A stretch of 64,000 bases of DNA from an uncultured Rivularia sp. (GTDB lineage: Bacteria; Cyanobacteriota; Cyanobacteriia; Cyanobacteriales; Nostocaceae): the NCBI GenBank assembly GCA_963665115.1, contig OY762007.1:2656001-2720000 (forward strand), read 5' to 3'. The notes under the pieces were generated by a model that did not search any database, was not told the DNA's origin, and worked only from the letters and a program-made list of their open reading frames with translations. Positions 21,565 through 33,910 of this stretch are shown piece after piece (position 1 is the stretch's first letter; the number at the start of each line of letters is the position of its first letter). Both the position numbers and the translations under genes were made by a program.

Positions 21565-22864
21565 TTGGTAAATACAACGATTAAAACTACCAAATCACAA
21601 GAAATCTTTTCAGCCGCTCAAAGCTTGATGCCGGGAGGAGTGAATTCTCCCGTCCGCGCGTTCAAATCTGTAGGTGGTCAACCTATAGTTTTTGACAGCG
21701 TAAAAGGTGCTTACATTTGGGATGTAGATGGTAATCAGTACATAGATTATGTGGGTACATGGGGCCCCGGCAATTTGCGGTCATGCCAATCCAGAAGTTA
21801 TCGCCGCGCTGCATGAAGCTCTCGAAAAAGGTACCAGTTTTGGTGCCCCTTCAGTATTAGAAAATGTTTTGGCAGAAATGGTCATTGATGCCGTTCCCAG
21901 TATTGAAATGGTAAGATTTGTTAATTCTGGAACCGAAGCCTGTATGGCCGTCTTAAGGCTGATGAGAGCTTTTACCAAACGAGACAAAATTATCAAATTT
22001 GAAGGCTGTTACCACGGTCACGCGGATATGTTTTTGGTGAAAGCGGGTTCTGGGGTAGCTACCTTGGGTTTACCTGACTCTCCGGGGGTTCCCTTGGCAG
22101 TTACCAGCGACACCCTAACCGCACCTTTTAACGATCTAGAAGCCGTAAAATTACTATTTGAAGAAAACCGCGATCAAATTGCTGGGGTAATTTTAGAGCC
22201 AGTGGTAGGAAATGCTGGTTTTGTTCCTCCTGATGCTGGATTTTTGGAAGGATTGCGCGAAATAACTCAGGAACACGGCGCATTATTGGTATTCGATGAA
22301 GTGATGACAGGTTTCCGTATCTCCTACGGTGGCGCTCAAGAAAAGTTCGGCGTTACTCCCGATTTAACTACTTTAGGTAAAATTATCGGTGGTGGTTTAC
22401 CTGTAGGAGCTTACGGTGGTCGTCGAGATATCATGTCTATGGTTGCACCCGCAGGACCAATGTATCAAGCCGGAACCTTAAGCGGTAATCCTTTGGCAAT
22501 GACTGCGGGCATCAAAACATTAGAATTACTGCAAAAGCCGGGTACTTACGATTACTTGGAACGAGTCACCAAAAAATTAGCCGACGGTTTATTACAAGTT
22601 GCTCGCGAAACTGGTCATGCTGCTTGTGGCGGCAATATTAGCGGAATGTTTGGTATGTTCTTCACGAGCGGCCCCGTTCATAACTACGAAGAAGCTAAAG
22701 TTTCAGATACAGCGAAATTTGGGCGCTATCATCGCGGAATGCTAGAACACGGTATTTACTTAGCACCTTCTCAATTTGAAGCTGGTTTTACCTCCATAGC
22801 TCATACTGAAGAAGATATTGAGCGAACTTTGCAAGCTGCACGAGAGGTTATGTCTGAATTGTAG
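21565..22864 (+). CDS. hemL: Glutamate-1-semialdehyde 2,1-aminomutase, split by a +1 frameshift at ~21765-21768
   Basis: [37 protein letters not shown]. Removing one C restores VGTWGPAICGH. Confidence 0.95.
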
Positions 22865-22899
22865 AAAGGAATTGCGACCCAATCCCGACTAACATATTC

Positions 22900-22933
22900 A
22901 TCTATCCCATCTTATTAATAAGACGGGATAGAT
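22900..22933. terminator. Hairpin downstream of hemL
   Basis: ATCTATCCCATCTTATT-AATAAGACGGGATAGAT near-perfect palindrome. Confidence 0.55.
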
Positions 22934-23549
22934 CGAAATGCATAAAAATTTAGCTTCAATCGCTACAGCCACAACCACTGTGTCCGCAACCTTTTACCGT
23001 AGAGTGTCCATCAGCACAAGCTTCAGAACAATAATATTGACCATCTTTATTAACTGCACTATCAACTTTTATGATACATAAGCATTTCTCACAGGCACAT
23101 TTCATTAAATCAACAGTAGCCGTCATTTTTCCTCAATCTCCAAAAAAATAGTTTTCAAAAACATTACAGAATACCTGAACAGATATTCATATATCAAATT
23201 CTAGCATATATTTTAGTTGTAAATCTCGAATCAGGAAATGATAAACCGAGTTGTTGGGTATTTACAATTCTCATAAGTTATTCGCATTGCGATTTAACTT
23301 CTACTTTTGAATTAAATTTTTAAATTAGATCAACTACATCGACAAAAAATAATCAAAATCAAAAATAGACAAAAATATTTATAAAATTCCGTATTTACAC
23401 TATAGGTTGTGCAAATATTACTTAAACTTTAGAAACTCTTCAAAACAAACCCAGCAATTTGCACCTGGCAGCAAGGAATTCATATCTTAATAATAGAAAT
23501 AGAGTAATTGCTCCCCGTTATTATTTTTTTTGTAGCGAGTTGACAGTGC

Positions 23550-25166
23550 ATGAGCTACTGCTTAAATCCCAACTGTCCCAACCCAGAAAACTTGCCTTTT
23601 ACCGAAAGATGCCAATCTTGTGGGGCGCGAATATTGTTGCGCGAGCGTTACCGAGTTACCAAATCATTAGGTCAAGGTGGCTTCGGAGCGACTTTTCTCG
23701 CACTAGACGAAGCTTTACCTGGAGAGCCCAGTTGCGTAATCAAGCAACTGCGTCCTTCTGGAACTTCACCCCATGTTTTACAAATGGCGCGGGAATTATT
23801 TGAGCGAGAAGCCGTAACCCTGGGTAGGATTGGGAATCACCCCCAAGTTCCACGTTTGCTAGACTATTTTGAAGACCGCGAACATTTCTATTTAATTCAG
23901 GAATACGTTCATGGTTCAACTATACAGCAGGAGGTAAAACATAGCGGAACATCAACCGAGGCAGGAGTAAAGCAGTTTTTGAGTGAAATTTTACCATTAC
24001 TGCAATATATACACTCCCAGAAAGTAATTCACCGCGATATCAAACCCGCAAACTTGATTCGTCGCGCTCAAGATGCCAGATTAGTTCTGATAGATTTTGG
24101 TGCCGTCAAAAATCAAGTTAATCAAACAGCCGCGATGCAATCAGGACAAACAGCATTAACTGCGTATGCTATTGGTACTCCTGGTTTTGCGCCTCCCGAA
24201 CAAATGGCAATGCGTCCGGTTTACGGTAGCGATATTTATGCTTTAGGGATTACCTGTATATACTTATTAACTGGTAAATCTCCCAAGGATTTAGAATACA
24301 ATCCGGCAACGGGTGAAGTGATGTGGCAACACCTCGTACACGCGAGCGATCACTTTGCACAAGTACTAGCAAAAATGATGGATGTGTCGGTTCATAACCG
24401 CTATCAGTCTGCGGATGAAGTACTTAGAGCGTTGGAGATGGAGCCTTATTTAGATAGCTTGGCTTCTGGTTTAGCTGCTCCATCAAATCCTGGTAGTAGC
24501 CCTAGAACTTCGACTGGCGTTGTAGATGCTACAAATACAACGAATAACTCCTCTACTAGTTTCTCTAGTGCTGGAGTAGCTCAAGTCGCAGCAGCTATTC
24601 GAGCTAGAAAAGCCAAGGCTGCTTCTGGCACTGCTGTACGAACTAGAAGAGGAAACAATCGCGTTTTAACATCTAACACAGCAGCCTCTGTATCCGATTC
24701 GGGTAAATCTTCCAATGGAAGATCGCAAGCGCAGCGTCGCTTAAATTCTGAAAGCTTACTTACAGCTTATTTGAAGGGAAGACGGGATTTTGCTTTACAT
24801 AATTTGAGCCTACTAAGTTTACAAGGCTCCGATTTATCAGAAACAAATTTTCATTCTTCTAAGTTTGAAAAAACTAACCTTCAAAGTGCAAATCTTTACA
24901 ATAGCGACTTTGGACGAGCTAACTTGAACAAAGCAAATCTTAGAGATGCGAACTTAAGTAAAGCTTATTTCAATCATGCCGATTTAGAATTAGCAGATCT
25001 TCGAGGTGCAGACCTCAGCTATGCTCATCTGAGTAATGCTAATCTCCGTGGAGCTAATTTGTGTGGCGCGAATCTGACAGGAGCTAAAGTAACTCCCGAA
25101 CAGTTAGCATTAGCTAAAACCAATTGGATGACTATACGTCCTAATGGAAGAAGAGGTTTATTATGA
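23550..25166 (+). CDS. Hanks-type Ser/Thr protein kinase with N-terminal Cys cluster and C-terminal pentapeptide repeats
   Basis: LGQGGFG, HRDIKPAN, IDFG, GTPGFAPPE; A(D/N)LxX repeats at the C terminus. Confidence 0.9.
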   Translation: MSYCLNPNCPNPENLPFTERCQSCGARILLRERYRVTKSLGQGGFGATFLALDEALPGEPSCVIKQLRPSGTSPHVLQMARELFEREAVTLGRIGNHPQVPRLLDYFEDREHFYLIQEYVHGSTIQQEVKHSGTSTEAGVKQFLSEILPLLQYIHSQKVIHRDIKPANLIRRAQDARLVLIDFGAVKNQVNQTAAMQSGQTALTAYAIGTPGFAPPEQMAMRPVYGSDIYALGITCIYLLTGKSPKDLEYNPATGEVMWQHLVHASDHFAQVLAKMMDVSVHNRYQSADEVLRALEMEPYLDSLASGLAAPSNPGSSPRTSTGVVDATNTTNNSSTSFSSAGVAQVAAAIRARKAKAASGTAVRTRRGNNRVLTSNTAASVSDSGKSSNGRSQAQRRLNSESLLTAYLKGRRDFALHNLSLLSLQGSDLSETNFHSSKFEKTNLQSANLYNSDFGRANLNKANLRDANLSKAYFNHADLELADLRGADLSYAHLSNANLRGANLCGANLTGAKVTPEQLALAKTNWMTIRPNGRRGLL

Positions 25167-26334
25167 TTTGACGTGCTGAAAATAAAACAGTAAATCGTTT
25201 TATTTAAATTTCAGTCATTATAAGCCTCTATATATTCGATGGAAAGAATCAGTTAAGCGAAAATTTGTGCTTTCGATAAGATACCAATCTTAAAAACGAC
25301 GAAAACAGCTTCGCCTGCAATAATGCCGGGATATAGTAAATAGAACTGGGTTGTTAAAAGTCATTAATCTCCATATTTATTATAGATAAATATATGCTGC
25401 TTTCGTAGCAAATTTACAATAAAAAAGATTTTGCGATTAAAATTGTATAGTTCAACTTCATCTTCCTCTATAATTCCTTTAACTTTAGGATTACTATAGA
25501 GGAGTCTTTGTTTTTAATTAAGTAGGTTGGCGTTGAAAATCGTAATTAGGACAAGGGAGTAGGGAGTAGGAAGTATAGGTCAGATTTTGAGCTAATATAT
25601 CCGAATGTTACATAGCTAAGTTTATTTGTGCCGACTTAGTTAGCATTGTTAACATAAATCAGTTCTGACCGATGCAAACGCCGGCGATCGCACAAAATTA
25701 GATTTATTTATGCTTTTATACTTACCAAAATAAATAATTGTTCTTAACAATATGCGCTGTATGTGGAAAATACTGATGAAAAACATTTTATAGGTCATCA
25801 GTTTTAATTATATACCTATTCCTCTATATAAAATTAATCTGTGAACATTCTAACTAATATTTCTACAAAATATCTATCTGAAGATATATATGTGTTTATC
25901 CTTTCTTGATAACCTCTACTCTAGGACTGATTACGTTAAAAAATCACTTAAGATACTTTGAATAAAGAATTCTCATACAAAGTATAAAATGATGTATAAT
26001 ATAGAACAGCACCGCAAAAGATTAAGCTTGTTAAATAAATGTTTCATTATGTTGCTCCATAATATCTGTATTAATAACTATAGATAAATTCTTATTCAAG
26101 GATTTATCATAATTGAGCGTACTTTTGATCGCCTTAATATAGCTAAAAGGTAATTCTGACCTTAACTTAATTTCAATAAGAATACGTCAGAACTTACGCG
26201 AAGCCTCCCCTATTGGCAAGGAGAATTGGAGAATTTTGACAGCCTGAATGCTTAACTCAACGTAATATTAAGGTATGTTCTATGTGTATAAAAAATACAA
26301 ATAATTAGTTCCGATTTTAGACACAGATCAAGTA

Positions 26335-27138
26335 GTGATGAGCAATATTAGCGAGTTAAATTTTTTATCAGTGAAAGGCTCACTTGTAACGCCCGAATCT
26401 ATTCCAGAGGAGCTACAACGGCGATTAAGTCTATATCAGCTTTTTGTCAAATTGTATGAGAATCATGGCAGTCTCTTAGAGCAGATTCTTCAATTAGAAA
26501 ACTTATCGGGATCTTCGTTGAATGTAGCACAGTCGCATTATATACAGGCTGTTATTGATAGAAGAACGATTCACTTAACTACGAACTTATGTGATGGTAA
26601 AAGTCAAAGTTTGCGGCAGTCTCAGAATACTTGGACTATCGGGCGCGATCGCAACAGTGGAATTCATCTTAATAGTAAGTATGTATCTCGTCGTCATGCT
26701 GCGATTCGATATATTGAGCAAGGCTTTTATTTAGTAGATTTTAACAGTACTAACGGTACTTATATTAACGGCGAACACATTTATCGCCCAACTAAGCTTA
26801 AAGAAGGAGATATTGTTCGGGTAGGAAATATCACTTTTTCTTTTTTCATCAATCAAAGTTGCTCTGTTTTACCTACAGTAGCAGTAGAGTTATTAATGCA
26901 GTTGATACCTAAAACAGGTAATGATAATGCCCTTCGCGATGAAATAACGAAATTAAATTCATATTATAAAAGCAAAACGAAAACTCGAAAGCTTGATGAT
27001 AGCGAGTATATTAAAGAAGACACTGAGTGCAATCAAATAGCGCTAATGCACACTTTTGAACAGCAGTTAAGTCAAGATTTGAAATCTGACATTTTAGACC
27101 GCTTTTATAGTAAGCAAGCACCTAAAGATTTAGTTTAA
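26335..27138 (+). CDS. FHA-domain protein
   Basis: WTIGR, VSRRHA, STNGTYING. Confidence 0.85.
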   Translation: MMSNISELNFLSVKGSLVTPESIPEELQRRLSLYQLFVKLYENHGSLLEQILQLENLSGSSLNVAQSHYIQAVIDRRTIHLTTNLCDGKSQSLRQSQNTWTIGRDRNSGIHLNSKYVSRRHAAIRYIEQGFYLVDFNSTNGTYINGEHIYRPTKLKEGDIVRVGNITFSFFINQSCSVLPTVAVELLMQLIPKTGNDNALRDEITKLNSYYKSKTKTRKLDDSEYIKEDTECNQIALMHTFEQQLSQDLKSDILDRFYSKQAPKDLV

Positions 27139-27218
27139 TAAAAGTACTTTAACGGTAACAGGGAACGCGGAATGGGGGAAATAGTAATAAGTTGTTACGC
27201 ATTTAGTTTGTATAAGAC

Positions 27219-27293
27219 TAGCGAGCAAGATGCTTGTCCTGGCGGGACACGCTGCGTTAGCGGAGCGAGACGATAGTCTTAGGCAGCACTACA
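27219..27293. mobile_element. REP-like repeat (GCGAGCAAGATGCT..GCACTAC) carrying nested SDR-like inserts
   Basis: TGTCC-TGGCG-GGACA hairpin, then G[TTAGCGGAGCG-AGAC-GATA-GTCT-T]A at 27256-27281; related partial composite at ~33117-33155. Confidence 0.7.
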
Positions 27294-27742
27294 ATATTTT
27301 CAGGTTTTAGCATTACGCAATTTAGCTGCATATCAGCTTATGTTTCTTAAAAAGATATATTATAGTTATTTCAAATAAAAAACAGATGGTTGGTAGTGGG
27401 AGCAAGATAGGCAAATGATAGCGAAGACAGCTATTCCGCCAAATGTAATAAAAAAGCTTTTTACAAACATGAGTAAAGACGGCTAAGAATTATTAGTCGT
27501 CCTGAATAAATAAAATTTTATTAAAAAGTATAAAGTCCAATTAATTGCTTATAATACAGCTAGCAATTTGGAAATGAATACATTTTCGGTCAGAACGATA
27601 TTTTAGCTTCAGAAATGAATGCCAGATATCGTGCGAAGGCAATTTGCGTTTAAATTTAAATTGCCCCGCACGAATTATCAACTATCTATTACTTAGCTCT
27701 ACAAATATAATAAGTCCTCATTCCGTCCGGCGATCGATAGTG

Positions 27743-28831
27743 TTATTCTTCCTCTAATTCTTCCTCGTCGTCATCCTCATCTTCATCGCTTGGTTGTCCC
27801 ACGGAGTTAGCAGAAACAACAGCGCCTAATTCTAACTTTTCCAGTACCTTTTGCCTAATTTCTTCGAGCATTTCCGGCTTTTCTTCAAGGTATTTAATAG
27901 CGTTATCCCTTCCTTGAGAAATATTATCACCATTGTAACTGTACCAAGCTCCCTTACGATTGATAACGCTAGTTTCTTCTGCTAAGTCAACAATACAACC
28001 CAGAGTAGAAATACCTTTACCAAAAATTACGTCAAACTCGGCAATTCTAAAAGGTGGTGCAACCTTATTTTTAGCAACCTTGACTTTTACGCGAATACCG
28101 AATTCTTCCGTACCTTTTTTCAAGGTTTGAATGCGTCGAATATCCAAACGCACCGAAGAATAATATTTTAAAGCGTTACCACCAGTAGTGGTTTCTGGAT
28201 TACCATAGCTAATACCAATTTTCATCCGCAACTGGTTGATAAACATGACCGTGCAGCCGGATTTACCAATATTACCAGTAATTTTACGCAAAGCCTGGCT
28301 CATCAATCGCGCTTGAAGACCGACGTGAGTGTCGCCCATATCGCCTTCAATTTCTGCACGGGGAACTAGTGCTGCTACTGAGTCAATCACCACAATGTCA
28401 ACCGCAGCAGAACGCACTAATTGGTCTACGATTTCTAAAGCAGATTCTCCAGTGTCTGGTTGGGAGATTAACAAGTTTTCAATATCAACACCCAAAGCCG
28501 CAGCATAGGTAGGATCGAGAGCGTGTTCTGCGTCTACATAAGCTGCGATTCCACCTTCTTTTTGTACTTCAGCAACCGCGTGCAGCGCTACGGTTGTTTT
28601 ACCAGAACTTTCTGGGCCATAAATTTCAACTACTCGTCCCTTTGGTAAACCACCACCTAATGCTAAATCTAAGGTAAGTGCGCCCGAAGAAATCGTCTCT
28701 ACACGCATCCGGGTTGCATCCCCAAGACGCATTATTGTACCTTTACCAAAAGTTTTCTCTATCTGGCTAAGCACCATGTTGAGCGCTTTTTGCTTGCCTG
28801 CATTCTCTTTGCTATCAGTGTTAACCGCCAT
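27743..28831 (-). CDS. recA: Recombinase RecA
   Basis: [45 protein letters not shown]. Confidence 0.98.
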   Translation of the reverse strand: MAVNTDSKENAGKQKALNMVLSQIEKTFGKGTIMRLGDATRMRVETISSGALTLDLALGGGLPKGRVVEIYGPESSGKTTVALHAVAEVQKEGGIAAYVDAEHALDPTYAAALGVDIENLLISQPDTGESALEIVDQLVRSAAVDIVVIDSVAALVPRAEIEGDMGDTHVGLQARLMSQALRKITGNIGKSGCTVMFINQLRMKIGISYGNPETTTGGNALKYYSSVRLDIRRIQTLKKGTEEFGIRVKVKVAKNKVAPPFRIAEFDVIFGKGISTLGCIVDLAEETSVINRKGAWYSYNGDNISQGRDNAIKYLEEKPEMLEEIRQKVLEKLELGAVVSANSVGQPSDEDEDDDEEELEEE

Positions 28832-28880
28832 TTGAGCCTCTAAATATATTGATTGTTCAGTTTTGACTTGATAATTTTAA

Positions 28881-28896
28881 TAGAACATATATACTA
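28881..28896 (-). promoter_or_regulatory. Cyanobacterial LexA (SOS) box upstream of recA
   Basis: Minus strand TAGTATATATGTTCTA, close to the RGTAC-N3-DGTWC consensus, ~50 bp upstream of the recA start. Confidence 0.7.
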
Positions 28897-29345
28897 TCAC
28901 GCATCTTAGCACTGCCGAACGCTATATAGTTTAATTGGGTATTCAAAGAATTTTAAAAGTATTAAAATTGATGCCCAGACAAGGTTTCGGATAAATGTTT
29001 ATTAGTCTAAATTGGGTACAAGGTAATAGCGATCGTTGAATAAATTATTTTACATCTATTTACATAAATATTAATTTCTCTCGACTTGCGATCGCGGCTC
29101 AATTCAGGGAATGATTTGATGTAGCCCGAAGCGAACATTAACGCGATTTAAATGAATCAGTTGAACTTCTTCCGGTAAAGACTTGACCGATTTATTTCTT
29201 GCTTGCGTGTGTATTATAGTACTTGCCCGAAGGTTTTATTGTAATTGAAAAGGTTGAATTAAATCTTTAATTTAGATTGTATTCTGAATTATCCAACTAC
29301 GGAAAATATTAATTTATTATTCAGTATTATCCACCATCACAGAAA

Positions 29346-29963
29346 CTATATGGAAGCCTTGGCATTTGAAAGCAATGTAATGATATTCTCTCCTACAGCT
29401 TCTGGGGATTGACTGCCGTCGATAGTCAACAAACGATGACGACGGTCATAATATTCTAATATAGGAACCGTGCGGTCGTAGAAAAGTTCAACGCGACGCT
29501 GGACAATTTCTTGTTGATCGTCGGGTTGCGAACGTTCTAAAGAACGATTCACCATCACGGCTTCTGGAACTTGTAAATATATTGCCCAGTTTAACCTGTG
29601 TTTTAAGTCATCGAGTAAAAAATCCAATTCTTCGGCTTGAAAAGCGGTGCGGGGATAGCCTTCAAGAACCCAACCATTACTTAGCTCGGGCTGTCGTAAA
29701 TAATTGCGAATTAAATCAATCATCAACTCGTCAGAAACTAATTCACCCGTTGCGATGGCATACCGTGCATTTTCGCCTAATTCGTCTAACCTTGATGTCG
29801 CTTGCCTTAAAACTTCACCTGTGGAAATTATAGGTACATTAAAGTGTCTGCTGAGATTTTCTGCTTGAGTACTTTTACCGGAACCGGAACCGCCCAAAAA
29901 AACAAATCTCATTGTATAATCAACCTCTCTAACCATCATTAAATATATGTTTATTTGCAACAT
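29346..29963 (-). CDS. Adenylate kinase-like nucleoside monophosphate kinase
   Basis: GGSGSGKST P-loop, ISTGEVLR, EGYPRT; true start may be the internal MRFVFLG. Confidence 0.85.
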   Translation of the reverse strand: MLQINIYLMMVREVDYTMRFVFLGGSGSGKSTQAENLSRHFNVPIISTGEVLRQATSRLDELGENARYAIATGELVSDELMIDLIRNYLRQPELSNGWVLEGYPRTAFQAEELDFLLDDLKHRLNWAIYLQVPEAVMVNRSLERSQPDDQQEIVQRRVELFYDRTVPILEYYDRRHRLLTIDGSQSPEAVGENIITLLSNAKASI

Positions 29964-30289
29964 TTATCCGTTATCTTATAAGTGCGACAGAAGAATACCC
30001 CTCCTAAATAATTAAAATTTTCAACAGATCGCAGCTAATTTTTAAGCATTATTGATAAATTTAACTCTAGTATAAAGGACGTTTTTATTTTTACCGGCTC
30101 TTGCTTTTCTGGCAATATAAATATAAATTTTAATAGCTATTGACTTAAGCGCAAACGTAGTGATTGACTAAGAATGCAGCTAATCTATTATTGCTACATA
30201 GGTCTGTAGCTCAACTTTATTCACAAGTAATTTTGAAAGAAATTACCTCAGCGAAAATACTGATTTACCGTGTTTTTTCACATTAATTT

Positions 30290-30826
30290 ATGGTTGCTCA
30301 GCTAGAAACTTCAAGTGTAAATTCGACCGTTAGTTTATCACATACAGTGAAGGGATTAGTACAAGTTTTTACTAGTTCCTCTCGTAGCTTTTTTACTAGT
30401 GTAATGGCGCAAGCACTGAGAATTGCCGGTCAAGGTACCCCAGTTTTGATTGTGCAATTTCTCAAAGGTGGTATTCGTCAGGGACAAAATAACCCCGTCG
30501 TGCTAGGACAAAATTTGAATTGGATTCGTTGTGACTTACCGCGTTGCATCGACACACCACAATTAGACGATACTGAGACTGAAGCATTGCATTCATTGTG
30601 GCAGCATACACTGAATGTAGTGAACGAAGGTAAGTATTCTCTCGTTGTATTAGATGAATTAAGCCTCGCAATGAACTTCGGTTTGATTCCCGAAACAGAA
30701 GTTTTAGAATTTTTGACTAAGCGTCCCCAAAACGTTGACATTATTCTGACAGGAGCGGAAATGCCTAAATCTATTTTGGATTTTGCAGACGAAATTACAG
30801 AAATTCGTCGCCCGAATCGGCTGTAG
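30290..30826 (+). CDS. CobO/BtuR-like cob(I)alamin adenosyltransferase family protein (degenerate P-loop)
   Basis: VQFLKGG, YSLVVLDEL, DIILTG, ADEITEIR. Confidence 0.75.
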   Translation: MVAQLETSSVNSTVSLSHTVKGLVQVFTSSSRSFFTSVMAQALRIAGQGTPVLIVQFLKGGIRQGQNNPVVLGQNLNWIRCDLPRCIDTPQLDDTETEALHSLWQHTLNVVNEGKYSLVVLDELSLAMNFGLIPETEVLEFLTKRPQNVDIILTGAEMPKSILDFADEITEIRRPNRL

Positions 30827-30923
30827 AAGAGGATGGGGAGATGCGAATAAAGTTAGGAGTTAAAAGTTATGAGATTTTTAACCTTTAACCTGCAACCTTT
30901 AACCTTTAACCTGTATTAACTCT

Positions 30924-31523
30924 GTGATTAAAAACGATATTTGGATTTCTAAAATGGCTCAAAAGGGTATGATTGCTCCTTTTGAAGCTAGTTTGATTAG
31001 AGAAGTTAAATGTGACGAAGGCAGTTTAGCTCGTCGCGTAATTAGTTATGGGTTGTCTTCCTACGGTTACGATATACGTCTTTCTCCTACGGAGTTTCGT
31101 ATCTTCAAACATATTCCTGGAACTGTAGTAGATCCTAAAAATTTTAAGGAGCAAAATTTAGAATCAACAGCGTTACACACTTCGGTAGGGGGCGATTATT
31201 TTATCTTACCCGCTCATTCTTATGGTTTAGGTGTTGCTTTAGAAAGGCTGGAAGTTCCAGATAATATTTCGGTAATTTGTATCGGTAAATCTACATATGC
31301 TCGCTGTGGAATAATAGCTAATCTTACACCAGCAGAAGCGGCATGGCGGGGTCATTTAACTTTGGAATTTTCTAATTCTTCCAGTGCAGACTGTCGCATT
31401 TACGCTAATGAAGGTGTAGTGCAGTTATTATTCTTGGAAGGTGAGCCTTGCGCTATTAGTTACGAAGCTCGCCAAGGTAAATACCAAGATCAACCTGAGA
31501 AAGTTACAATAGCCAGAATTTAA
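30924..31523 (+). CDS. dcd: dCTP deaminase
   Basis: SYGLSSYGYD, GKSTYARCG, TPAEAAWRGHLTLE. Confidence 0.95.
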   Translation: MIKNDIWISKMAQKGMIAPFEASLIREVKCDEGSLARRVISYGLSSYGYDIRLSPTEFRIFKHIPGTVVDPKNFKEQNLESTALHTSVGGDYFILPAHSYGLGVALERLEVPDNISVICIGKSTYARCGIIANLTPAEAAWRGHLTLEFSNSSSADCRIYANEGVVQLLFLEGEPCAISYEARQGKYQDQPEKVTIARI

Positions 31524-31567
31524 ATCAATTGGTAATTGGTAATTGTTCACTGCTCATTGATAACTGA

Positions 31568-32290
31568 TTACGGCGCTAATCTTGCTTTGCCTAAACGATG
31601 AGATTTGTACCATTCTGCTATGTCTGGAACCCAGTTTTCAAAGTGAATTAACATTAGTTCGCATAGCTTTTGAATCTCTAGTTGAGCGTCTTTTTTGTTC
31701 CTCATATCTAAGAAATGCATTAAAGAGCGTAAGTTTAAGCTCACTATAAAATGCTGCCGATAGTCAAATGGCATTTTCCCTCTAATGTGTTCTTCGGAAA
31801 TGCCGTTGTCAAAATCGATTTTGTAATGTTTGACAGCTTCCATACACCACTTTAAATCGGCTTGCCTTTGTTCTGGTGAATAGTAATATTTTTTGCCTTG
31901 ACGATTAGTATAATAATCTACAGGACGTAGATAAAAAACATCTTCTATATCTTTTTCCCCTTCTGCTACTTTTAGAAATTGTTCTGAAGTGTATCTAAAG
32001 GATTGAACGTCAAAGGATACGCTAATACGATGAGTACGCGCTTGTTGCATGACACTATGAGGAAAGTAACCGCAATTAAATACGATTTGAGGATGTTCCA
32101 AAGGACCATAATGTCCTCTTTCACCTGCTAAAAGACGTTTAATTATAATTTCACCACATTCGGATTCTGAAGGGAATTTATCGCGTTCATCATACACAAA
32201 TCTATCGGTGTAATCTTGGTGCATGGCAGCATAAATGACTTGCTGCGGATTTGGTGTTTTTGTAATAACTTCTACTCTAAATCGATTCAT
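31568..32290 (-). CDS. thyX: FAD-dependent thymidylate synthase
   Basis: GHYGPLEH and the ThyX motif QARTHR-x-SFDVQSFRY; AQLEIQ. Confidence 0.95.
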   Translation of the reverse strand: MNRFRVEVITKTPNPQQVIYAAMHQDYTDRFVYDERDKFPSESECGEIIIKRLLAGERGHYGPLEHPQIVFNCGYFPHSVMQQARTHRISVSFDVQSFRYTSEQFLKVAEGEKDIEDVFYLRPVDYYTNRQGKKYYYSPEQRQADLKWCMEAVKHYKIDFDNGISEEHIRGKMPFDYRQHFIVSLNLRSLMHFLDMRNKKDAQLEIQKLCELMLIHFENWVPDIAEWYKSHRLGKARLAP

Positions 32291-32475
32291 GTTTTAAATT
32301 GGGAATTGGGGATTGGGGATTGGGGATTGGAGATAGTTAGGAGTTAAACGTTAAAAGTTAAGAATTAGGAGTTACTAGCCCTTCAGAAAAGTGGGGCTTG
32401 TTTTTCTACCCCTTATCATCCATCTTTTAAAATAGCTGAAAAGAGTGTTTTTTGAACCAAGGTGTAATACAAGTT

Positions 32476-33057
32476 ATGGTTTTAACTGCTTCTACGATGT
32501 TGTCTTTAGGGACAAAGGCTCCGGATTTTCAACTACCTGATGTAGTATCGGGAGAAACTATTTCTCTTTCTACATTTACGGGCAAAAAAGCTTTATTGGT
32601 GATGTTTATTTGTCGTCACTGTCCTTTTGTAAAGCACGTTCAGGACGAATTAGCGAAGTTAGGAAAGGATTATTTCCTCATGGGTTTAGGGATTGTTGCT
32701 ATTAGTTCTAATGATGTTAAAAATTATCCCGATGATGCGCCGGATTTATTAAAAGCAATGGCGACAGAGTTGGATTTTAAGTTTGCTTTGTGTTACGACG
32801 AAACTCAGGAAACAGCAAAAATTTATACTGCTGCTTGTACTCCGGATTTCTTTTTGTTTGATGATGAACAAAAACTTTTTTATCGCGGACAATTAGATGA
32901 TAGTCGTCCAAGTAATGGTAAACCTGTAACGGGTAAAGATTTACGCAATGCTATAGATACCTTACTGGCTGGTAAGTCTTTAACTGAGGAACAACAGCCG
33001 AGTATTGGTTGCAATATTAAATGGAAACCAGGAAACGAACCGGATTATTTTGGGTAA
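32476..33057 (+). CDS. Thioredoxin-fold AhpC/TSA family protein
   Basis: APDFQLP, FICRHCPFV, AACTPDFF, SIGCNIKW. Confidence 0.9.
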   Translation: MVLTASTMLSLGTKAPDFQLPDVVSGETISLSTFTGKKALLVMFICRHCPFVKHVQDELAKLGKDYFLMGLGIVAISSNDVKNYPDDAPDLLKAMATELDFKFALCYDETQETAKIYTAACTPDFFLFDDEQKLFYRGQLDDSRPSNGKPVTGKDLRNAIDTLLAGKSLTEEQQPSIGCNIKWKPGNEPDYFG

Positions 33058-33063
33058 AAGTTA

Positions 33064-33225
33064 AAGGAGTTAGGAGTTAGGGGTTAGGGGTTAGGGGTTA
33101 GGAGTTAAGAGTTAGGAGTGTGTCTGCAAGGACAAACATCTTGCTCGCGACTACATATAATCTACGAATGATTCAGAATTGACTATTAACCACTAACAAC
33201 TAACAACTAACAACCATCACCTAAC
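33064..33225. repeat. STRR repeats (GAGTTAG/GGGTTAG; CTAACAA) with a REP/SDR fragment between them
   Basis: Tandem heptamers 33064-33118 and ~33185-33225. Confidence 0.8.
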
Positions 33226-33241
33226 CGTTAATAATTAAAAT

Positions 33242-33757
33242 TTAATTCTGAATTTCTAAATTTAATATGTAATTTCCTAGCTGAACTTTCCCAGCCCATA
33301 ATTCGTATTCAACTCTTAGGTGTTCTGGTAGAGGGCTTGCGCTTAAAGTTAGACTGCGGGTAAAGTTTCTCAGACGAATTGGCTGGTTGTTTTGCAAGGA
33401 TTCATTGGGTAGCCAGTAACGGCTCATTCCGTAAACTCCTTGCTCCCAAAAGTGTCGGTAACTTAAGTGTGGGTTGCCTTGCATTGTCATGATGACTCTG
33501 TAAGGCGATATTTCTAACCACAAAATTCTCGGACTACTTAAAACGCGAGGATTAGTTTGTGCTGTTGTAAAGAGGGCGTTTTGCGAATTTTTGGATGTCG
33601 CTTCTTGCTCGGTTTTAAGTGGGGGTGCATTCAATAATAAGTGGAAGCGCTGGCTATCTTTTTGATATAAAGTAGCGGCAGTTTCTACAACAGACTGGAC
33701 TGGTAAATCTGTTGAAATGAGTGATAAGCAAACAGGTTTGCGTTGATGAGTCAGCAT
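33242..33757 (-). CDS. Conserved cyanobacterial hypothetical protein
   Basis: 171-aa ORF divergent from aroA with protein-like composition (LWLEISPYRVIMTMQG, SYRHFWEQG). Confidence 0.7.
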   Translation of the reverse strand: MLTHQRKPVCLSLISTDLPVQSVVETAATLYQKDSQRFHLLLNAPPLKTEQEATSKNSQNALFTTAQTNPRVLSSPRILWLEISPYRVIMTMQGNPHLSYRHFWEQGVYGMSRYWLPNESLQNNQPIRLRNFTRSLTLSASPLPEHLRVEYELWAGKVQLGNYILNLEIQN

Positions 33758-33910
33758 GGGAGGGATAGATTCGGGATTGATTGGATAAAATCAAACAATG
33801 TTGGTGTTAGCTATGCGGAGTTTAGCGGTAGGATACTAGCGAGGAAGTTTATACATAAGCCTTTTGTTTTTATATAACTTTCCCGTACAGTCACACGCCA
33901 GTTTATCCTA

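Noticed and set aside
21565..22864. hemL (and hlyD, hppD, MFS, kinase) as true pseudogenes or programmed frameshifts
   Set aside because: All are single +1 homopolymer events in otherwise intact genes, with no shared slippery motif; assembly error is more parsimonious
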